64,000 nucleotides of DNA from an uncultured Acidobacteriota bacterium (lineage in GTDB: Bacteria; Acidobacteriota; Thermoanaerobaculia; UBA5066; Gp7-AA6): contig CAVXTP010000015.1 in NCBI GenBank assembly GCA_963764715.1, positions 64,001 to 128,000 on the forward strand, written 5' to 3'. Below are positions 58,131 to 64,000 of the stretch, in pieces. The notes under the pieces are model-generated. The model worked only from the letters and a program-made list of their open reading frames with translations. It was not told the DNA's origin and did not search any database. The position numbers were made by a program, and so were the translations under genes. Every line of letters begins with the position of its first letter. The stretch's first letter is position 1.

Positions 58131-58664
58131 TCAGACCCGACGGCCGGCCGGCGAGGCGAGCTGCCGGCGATGGTGGTCCGCGTGCGAGGTCAGGACCCGC
58201 AGCGCATCGACCGCCGACAGCATGCCGAAGTAGGCGTGCGTCAGCCGCACGCGCCGCTCCCGGCAGGCGCGCTCGAGGCCGTCGAGGAAGGCCGCCACCT
58301 GCTCGGAGAGGCGGACCGCCGCGCGCTCGGGATCGGGCGAGGCCTCGGACGGGCGGATCTCGCGCGGAGCCGGCGCTCCGCGGGGGAAATCGCCGCGCCG
58401 GATCTTCGGCAGGACCGTCCAGCGCAGCGCCAGCCGCTTCCACCACGGCAGCCGGATGGCGAAGCCCGGACCGCCCGCGAGCTCCGACAGCGGCGGGGCG
58501 TAGGAGACTGCGAGGTGCTCCGCGATCTCGGCGCGCGTCCAACCCCCGGGCCGCGCAGACCGTCCCCAGTCGTCCCGCGGGACCGCGCGGATCGCCGCCA
58601 CGCAGTCGGCGACGGCTCTCCGGTGCTCCTCGACCGCGGAAGCGATGGCCTCCGCCCGGCTCAT
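58131..58664 (-). CDS. DinB family protein
   Basis: GWT.AEIAEHL, H.YFG.L, H..HHRRQL. Confidence 0.85.
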   Translation of the reverse strand: MSRAEAIASAVEEHRRAVADCVAAIRAVPRDDWGRSARPGGWTRAEIAEHLAVSYAPPLSELAGGPGFAIRLPWWKRLALRWTVLPKIRRGDFPRGAPAPREIRPSEASPDPERAAVRLSEQVAAFLDGLERACRERRVRLTHAYFGMLSAVDALRVLTSHADHHRRQLASPAGRRV

Positions 58665-59065
58665 GCCGACGCGGTCTCCTCCGAGCGCCGCACCGCCTGA
58701 CGTTCGAACGCGTTGTCTTCGTAGACGCGCCGTCCGCGGGCGAGCGCCGCGAGGCTCGACGCGGCGTAGGCGATCGGGAAGAGAACGCCCCAGCGCTCGT
58801 ACTGCGCGACGTGGACCCGCTCGTGCGCCCGGCAATCCTCGAGCTCCCGCGCTCCGACGCCGAGCACGACGTGACCGAACGTGATGGCGCGGATCGACAT
58901 CCACGGCAGCGCGCGCGAGAGCAGCGGCCCGAGGACTCCGCCGCCCGCCTCGAGCACGCCCTCTTCGATCCGCACCCGACCGCCGGTCAGGACGGCCGCC
59001 GCGACGAGAGGCAGGGCGGCGAGCGAAACGGGCCCCGCCCAGAGATAGCCGCGCAGGGGCCTCAC
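58661..59065 (-). CDS. Hypothetical membrane protein with HExxH motif
   Basis: AITFGHVVL, HERVHV.QYERWG..F, Y.DN.FE. Confidence 0.7.
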   Translation of the reverse strand: MRPLRGYLWAGPVSLAALPLVAAAVLTGGRVRIEEGVLEAGGGVLGPLLSRALPWMSIRAITFGHVVLGVGARELEDCRAHERVHVAQYERWGVLFPIAYAASSLAALARGRRVYEDNAFERQAVRRSEETASA

Positions 59066-59415
59066 GGGGCCCCGGCCATCCCCGCTTCTCCGCCCTCCGG
59101 CCCGTAGAACATGACCCACACGACGAGGTCGTCGGTGAAGTTCTCGAACCGGTGCTCGGAGAACGCCGGAACGAACAGGACGTCCCCCGGACCGAACCGG
59201 TCGATGGCCGAACCGTTCCGGAACTCGCCGCTTCCCGACATGACGACGTAGAGCTCGTCGCGCGTGTGGGGCTTCTGGGGGTCGGTGCCGCGCGGGGCGT
59301 AGATTTCGACCTCCAGGGTTCCGTGCTCCAGGACCTTCACGAAGCGGTCGCCGCCGGGCCCCGGAAGTTGCTTCAACGCATCGGCGAGACGGACTCGCCA
59401 CTTGTCGCGGTACAT
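59062..59415 (-). CDS. Cupin domain protein
   Basis: Q.PH.RDELY.V.SG.G, GDVLFVPA...HRF. Confidence 0.88.
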   Translation of the reverse strand: MYRDKWRVRLADALKQLPGPGGDRFVKVLEHGTLEVEIYAPRGTDPQKPHTRDELYVVMSGSGEFRNGSAIDRFGPGDVLFVPAFSEHRFENFTDDLVVWVMFYGPEGGEAGMAGAP

Positions 59416-59455
59416 CGCGGTCTCCTTTTCGGCGCACCCGCCGCGCCGCCGATTC

Positions 59456-60856
59456 TTACATTTCTTCGAGCGTCCGGCCCTTCGTCTCCCGCACGAACTT
59501 GAGCACGAGGACGAACGACAGCGCCGCCGCGGCCGTGTAGAGCCCGTACGCGAGCCCGAGGCCCATCCGCGAGAGCCCCGGGAACGTCAGCGTGACCAGC
59601 CAGTTGGCGATCCACTGCGCCGCGGCCGCGAGCGCCAGCGCCGCCCCGCGAATCCGGTTGTTGAACATCTCGCCGAGCAGGACCCAGACGATCGGCCCCC
59701 ACGAGAACCCGAACGCGAAGACGTAGAGGTTCGCCGCGACGAGCGCCGCCGTCCCGTTCGCTCCCGTGAGCACCGGCGAGCCGGCGGGGTCGCGGGGGGC
59801 GCTCGCGAAGAGGACCGCCATCGTGCCGAGCGTCAGCGCCATCCCGATCGAGCCCGCGAGCAGGAGGGGCCTGCGCCCGAAGCGGTCCACGAACGCGATC
59901 GCGATGAGGGTCGTGACGATGTTGATCACGCCGGTGATCGTGCTGATGCGCATCGAGTCCGCCACGGTGAAGCCGACCGAGTGCCAGAGCGCGGTGCTGT
60001 AGTAGAAGATGACGTTGATCCCGACGAACTGCTGGAAGACGGAGAGCCCGATGCCGACCCAGACGATCGGCAGCAGCAGGCTCTTCGGCGAGCGCAGGTC
60101 CTCCAGCCGCGACGGGCGGTCCTCGACCACGGTCTTCTGGATGTCGGCGATCCGCTCCTCGACTCCGGGCTCGCCGATCCGCGTCAGGATGGCGGCCGCC
60201 TCGGCCGCGTGGCCCCTCGCGACGAGGTAGCGCGGCGACTCGGGGATGAGGAACGCCCCGAGGCCGTAGATCAGGGACGGGAGCACCTCGACCCAGAACA
60301 TCCACCGCCAGGCCGGCACGCCCAGCCAGAACGGCGCGTCGGGCGATCCGGCCGTGTGCGCGATCAGGTCGTTGACGGCGAGCGCCAGGAAGATGCCGAC
60401 GACGATCGCGAGCTGCTGCAGGGAGCCCAGGCGCCCGCGGATGCGCGCCGGCGCGACCTCCGCGATGTAGGCGGGCGCGATGACGCTCGCGGCGCCGACG
60501 GCGATGCCGCCGAGGAATCGCCAGATCGAGAAGGCCAGCAGGCTCTGCGCGATGCCCGAGCCGAGGGAGCTGACCGCGAAGAGCAGGGCCGTCATGCGCA
60601 TGGCCTGCACGCGCCCGGCGCGGTCCGCGACACGGCCCGCGATGAGGGCGCCGACGGCCGAGCCGAGCAGCGCCGACGCGATCGCGAAGCCGAGCCGGCC
60701 GGGGTCGGCCCGGAAGTGCCGCTCGAGCGCGCCGACCGTCCCGTTGACGACGGCGGTGTCGTACCCGAAGAGGAATCCGCCGAGGGCCGCGATCGCGGAG
60801 ATGAACGCGACGTAGCCGACGGTCGTCGAGGGCGCTCCGGGCGTTCTACGGCTCAT
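59456..60856 (-). CDS. MFS sugar porter (glucose/galactose permease-like)
   Basis: GGFLFGYDT, YIAEVAP, PESPR, QQFVGIN...YY, DRFGRR, ETKGRTLE. Confidence 0.94.
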   Translation of the reverse strand: MSRRTPGAPSTTVGYVAFISAIAALGGFLFGYDTAVVNGTVGALERHFRADPGRLGFAIASALLGSAVGALIAGRVADRAGRVQAMRMTALLFAVSSLGSGIAQSLLAFSIWRFLGGIAVGAASVIAPAYIAEVAPARIRGRLGSLQQLAIVVGIFLALAVNDLIAHTAGSPDAPFWLGVPAWRWMFWVEVLPSLIYGLGAFLIPESPRYLVARGHAAEAAAILTRIGEPGVEERIADIQKTVVEDRPSRLEDLRSPKSLLLPIVWVGIGLSVFQQFVGINVIFYYSTALWHSVGFTVADSMRISTITGVINIVTTLIAIAFVDRFGRRPLLLAGSIGMALTLGTMAVLFASAPRDPAGSPVLTGANGTAALVAANLYVFAFGFSWGPIVWVLLGEMFNNRIRGAALALAAAAQWIANWLVTLTFPGLSRMGLGLAYGLYTAAAALSFVLVLKFVRETKGRTLEEM

Positions 60857-61943
60857 CGAGAAACGCCTCCGCGATGGCCGGCGCCCGGCCGGTGAACGAC
60901 TCGTCGCTGTTGACGAGCAGGGCGACCACCAGACGCTCCTCCGGATAGATCACGAGGTTGGCCGTCCCGCCCATCGCGCCGCCGGAATGCCGCACCCGCC
61001 GCCGGCCCTTCGAATCGCGGTCGACCGTCCAGCCGATGCCGTACTCCGTGTCCTTGCCGTCCGTCGTCTTCTGCGACGTCCACAGGAGGGCGAGGGTCTC
61101 GGGCTTCAGCAGCCGGCCCTCGAGCAGCGCATTGCCGAAGGCGACGAGGTCTTCCGCCGTCGAGAGGAAGCCGCCCCCGGCCCACTTGTAGCTGTTGTCG
61201 ACGAAAGCCGCGTTGCGGACGGCGCCGGTCGCCTCGTCCCGCGTGTAGAAGCGGGCCCGGCCGGGAACGATCGGCGTCGGGTCGTCCGCCGCCGTGTGGG
61301 TCATCCCGGCCGGCGCGAAGACGCGCTTCTGCATGACGGACAGAAACGGCTCGCCGCTCGCGCCCTCGATCACCGCCGAGATCAGGTTCCAGCCGTAGGA
61401 CGAGTAGGAGAACCGCGTCCCGGGCTCGAAGAGCAGGGCATCCCTCTCGAAGATCGCCAGTCCCGCGCGCACCGTGTCGTAGTGGTCGCGGATGCCGAAC
61501 TCCTCCCCCTCGTAGTGCCGGATCCCGGCGAGGTGGCCGGCGAGCTGCCGCGTCGTGATCGGCCAGGCCTTGCGGGGAAAGTCGGGCACGTAGGTCTGCA
61601 CCGGAAGGTCGAGGTCGAGCCGGCCCTCCTCGACGAGGAGGCCGAGCGCCGCCGCCGTCAGCGGCTTGGAGACGCTGCCGATCCGCAGGCGGGAGTCGGA
61701 CGCGACGGGGACGTCGAGCTCGAGGTCGGCGCAGCCGAAGCTCTCGCTCCAGACCGTGCGCCCGGCCCGCGACACGGCGATCTGGGCGCCCGGCGCGAGC
61801 GTGCGGAACATCGCGAGCTCGACCATGGCGCGCGACCGCTCGATCGCGCCGGCGGTCCCCGCGGCGGCCGGCGCCGCCTGGGCGAGGAGCCCGGACGTCC
61901 AGAGCGCGAGAAGCGCCGCGAGGCCCGCGCGCCTCACCGCCAT
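60846..61943 (-). CDS. Serine hydrolase, class C beta-lactamase-like
   Basis: Signal peptide; SVSK, PGTRFSYSS, AGGG..ST..DL, HSGG. Confidence 0.9.
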   Translation of the reverse strand: MAVRRAGLAALLALWTSGLLAQAAPAAAGTAGAIERSRAMVELAMFRTLAPGAQIAVSRAGRTVWSESFGCADLELDVPVASDSRLRIGSVSKPLTAAALGLLVEEGRLDLDLPVQTYVPDFPRKAWPITTRQLAGHLAGIRHYEGEEFGIRDHYDTVRAGLAIFERDALLFEPGTRFSYSSYGWNLISAVIEGASGEPFLSVMQKRVFAPAGMTHTAADDPTPIVPGRARFYTRDEATGAVRNAAFVDNSYKWAGGGFLSTAEDLVAFGNALLEGRLLKPETLALLWTSQKTTDGKDTEYGIGWTVDRDSKGRRRVRHSGGAMGGTANLVIYPEERLVVALLVNSDESFTGRAPAIAEAFLDEP

Positions 61944-62347
61944 GCGGCCAGGATCGCGCCCATGAGGACGAGGTAGGCGAGCTGGTAAGCCGCGTCGATC
62001 GCCCAGGCCGACAGCTTCCGGTCGGAGTACATGTTGGCGGTCAGGCCGAGCGTCGCCGCGAAGCCGACGCCGACGAGGCCTCCGAGCTTCGCCCCGGTCA
62101 GCCACGACACGATCCCGATCCGCTGCAGGAGCACGCAGAGCGCTCCGGCCATCACGAGGTTGCACAGAAAGGAGACCGCGTAAGCCCGCGGGGCCGAGGC
62201 CCGCATCGCCTCGATCTTCTCCGCCGTCAGCCCGTTCGCCGCCACCCAGGCCTTCCCGAAGAGCACCGGCGAGTACCAGAGAGCGCCGAGGACGAACGCC
62301 GCCACCGCGGCGACGACGATCGCTGAAACGTGACAGGACCCCGGCAT
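61934..62347 (-). CDS. DUF1761 family membrane protein
   Basis: AAFVLGALWYSPVLFGKAW, IDAAY; GAGGAGG RBS. Confidence 0.85.
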   Translation of the reverse strand: MPGSCHVSAIVVAAVAAFVLGALWYSPVLFGKAWVAANGLTAEKIEAMRASAPRAYAVSFLCNLVMAGALCVLLQRIGIVSWLTGAKLGGLVGVGFAATLGLTANMYSDRKLSAWAIDAAYQLAYLVLMGAILAAWR

Positions 62348-62385
62348 ACGGACCTCCTCTTTCCTGGAACGCGCCTTCCCCGGCT

Positions 62386-63003
62386 CTATCCGTTGCGGCT
62401 CACGGCGATCCACAGCCCGGCGAGGACGGCGCAGATGCCGACGCTGACGAAGACGTTGACGAACGCGGCGGCCATGGCGACGAGGTAGCCCGGCACGCCG
62501 AGGCGGTAGCTCTTCGTGAACGCCGCGATCATCTCCTCGGTGACGTGGGGGCGCAGGAGCCGCCGCCCGCGGATCGCCGTCTGCCAGAGGAGCCAGAAGG
62601 CGACGCCGATCGCGACGAACGTGCCCGCGTAGAAGGCCGCGGCGGCGGGCGCCGCGGGCCGCTCGAGGTACTCGGCGAGGATGGCCGTGGGGAACGGGAC
62701 GAACGTCACGAGCAGCAGCAGGAAGCCGTTGGCGTAGAGAAACCGGGGGTCGGCCTTCGCCACGAGGTGAAAGATCGCGTGATGATTGGCCCACATGATG
62801 AAGATCGTCAGAAAGCTGACGAGAAACGCCACGTACGAAGGCCAGAGCCCGCCGAGAGCCGCCCACAGAGCGGGTGCGCCGCTTCCCGCCGGCAGATGTG
62901 GCACACGGATCTCGAGGATCAGCAGCGTGATCGCGATCGCGAACACGCCGTCGCTGAAGGCCTCGATGCGGCCCGTCTCCTTCTCCTCGGCCGGTGGAGT
63001 CAC
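62386..63003 (-). CDS. TMEM175 family potassium channel
   Basis: RIEAFSDGVFAIAITLL, SF..I...W.NHH. Confidence 0.9.
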   Translation of the reverse strand: MTPPAEEKETGRIEAFSDGVFAIAITLLILEIRVPHLPAGSGAPALWAALGGLWPSYVAFLVSFLTIFIMWANHHAIFHLVAKADPRFLYANGFLLLLVTFVPFPTAILAEYLERPAAPAAAAFYAGTFVAIGVAFWLLWQTAIRGRRLLRPHVTEEMIAAFTKSYRLGVPGYLVAMAAAFVNVFVSVGICAVLAGLWIAVSRNG

Positions 63004-63013
63004 GGCCCGGCCG

Positions 63014-63484
63014 CTACGGTTTGGCCGGCGCGGGTGCCGGGGCAGGATCCGCGGACGCCAGGTCGGCGACGTAAGCCCACTTCCCGCCCGTCTTCTTCGT
63101 GACCGCGGTGAAGCGCCCCCTCATCGTCACGGGGGCCCCGCCCTTCTTCGGCTGGAGGGTGAGCGTGAAGTTGCCCCACGCCGCCGAGAGGTCGCCCGAC
63201 GTCCGGTAGACCGCGTTCGCGATGGTCGCGTCGGCCACGGTGTTGGCGGCGAGCAGCCCCGCGTACGCGTCGCGGATCGCCTTCGCGCCGCGGGCCTCCG
63301 GCGCGTCCGGCAGCCACATCACGGCATCCGGCGCGTAGCAGGCCACGAGCGCTTCGACGTCGTTCGCCTTGATCGCCTTCAGCCAGGCGGCGTCGACCGA
63401 TTTCGCCCCCTCTTCGGCCTTCAAAGCCGCCGCCGAACACAGGATCCCGAAAGCCAGGGCCGCCGCCGCGAACCTCGTCCTCAT
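63014..63484 (-). CDS. Exported NTF2-like (DUF4440/YybH) protein
   Basis: Signal peptide; YAPDAV, G..AIR..Y, GKW....D; GGAGG RBS. Confidence 0.82.
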   Translation of the reverse strand: MRTRFAAAALAFGILCSAAALKAEEGAKSVDAAWLKAIKANDVEALVACYAPDAVMWLPDAPEARGAKAIRDAYAGLLAANTVADATIANAVYRTSGDLSAAWGNFTLTLQPKKGGAPVTMRGRFTAVTKKTGGKWAYVADLASADPAPAPAPAKP

Positions 63485-63530
63485 CGTCTTCCTCCCCCTC
63501 TTCTTGCGCCGGATCATAGCTGGCGGACTC

Positions 63531-63556
63531 TGGGGTCAGCCCTGCATTTCTGAATT
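63531..63556. repeat. TGGGGTCAGCCCTGCAT half element
   Basis: tggggtcagccctgcatttctgaatt. Confidence 0.6.
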
Positions 63557-63569
63557 TTCCGGGGGTGGC

Positions 63570-64000
63570 TCAGGAGATCGGCCGGCGCAGCTTGGGCCCC
63601 GTGAAGACGAAGCCCTGCGACTCGTAGAACCGGATGGTGCGCTCCCACTTCGGCCCCGGCGGCGCGGTCACGTCGATCCGGCGCCATCCCCGGGCGCGGC
63701 CGAAGACGACGGCCGCGTCGAGCAGGCGGCGGCCGATGCCGCGCCAGCGATGCTCGGGTGCGACGTAGAGCTCGTCGATCACGCCATACCGCCCGCCGGC
63801 GTAGATCGCAAAGGTCTCCGTCAGCGTCAGGACTCCGACGGGCTCGCCGTCCTCGCGCGCGAGGAACGCATGGACCGCGCCCCCGTCGGCCTCGAGCGAG
63901 CGGAGCGCGCCGGCCTCGTCGAGCCCGGCGAACTCGGCGGGTGAATCCTCGAGCTCCGCGAGCAGCCGCGCGACCAGGCGCACCACCGCGGGCCGGTCCG
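63570..64000 (-). CDS. GNAT acetyltransferase (5' end probably outside the window)
   Basis: IDELYV.PE.R..GIG..LL, FYES.GF. Confidence 0.82.
   Translation of the reverse strand, partial: DRPAVVRLVARLLAELEDSPAEFAGLDEAGALRSLEADGGAVHAFLAREDGEPVGVLTLTETFAIYAGGRYGVIDELYVAPEHRWRGIGRRLLDAAVVFGRARGWRRIDVTAPPGPKWERTIRFYESQGFVFTGPKLRRPIS

Overview
High-GC, gene-dense bacterial chromosomal segment. The gene set (PDZ-TPR-CHAT protein, DUF5916 protein, fused E1 alpha/beta, bacterial alpha-2-macroglobulin) suggests Acidobacteriota, possibly Thermoanaerobaculia; this is inference only. It carries mostly housekeeping and accessory metabolic genes: pyrK-pyrD-pyrF, nadA-nadC-nadB, dapA-dapD, pxpBC-pxpA, two ABC export systems, several peptidases and dnaE2. 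I saw no rRNA, tRNA, CRISPR-cas, prophage or transposase. The most unusual signal is non-coding. GTAG-type REP palindromes occur at 8 loci, including a 6-unit tandem array, and four REP hairpin loops carry a nested, homologous ~58-64 nt multi-hairpin cassette with compensatory stem changes. One REP doublet plus cassette is translated in frame inside the DnaE2 PHP domain, and three REPs begin exactly in gene stop codons. Other observations: a DapA homolog with Gln at the Schiff-base Lys position, two small ORFs behind sigma-54-like promoters, a receiver-like protein with a histone-H1-like tail, and many apparently leaderless genes. All product calls rest on motif recognition by eye; no database search was run.
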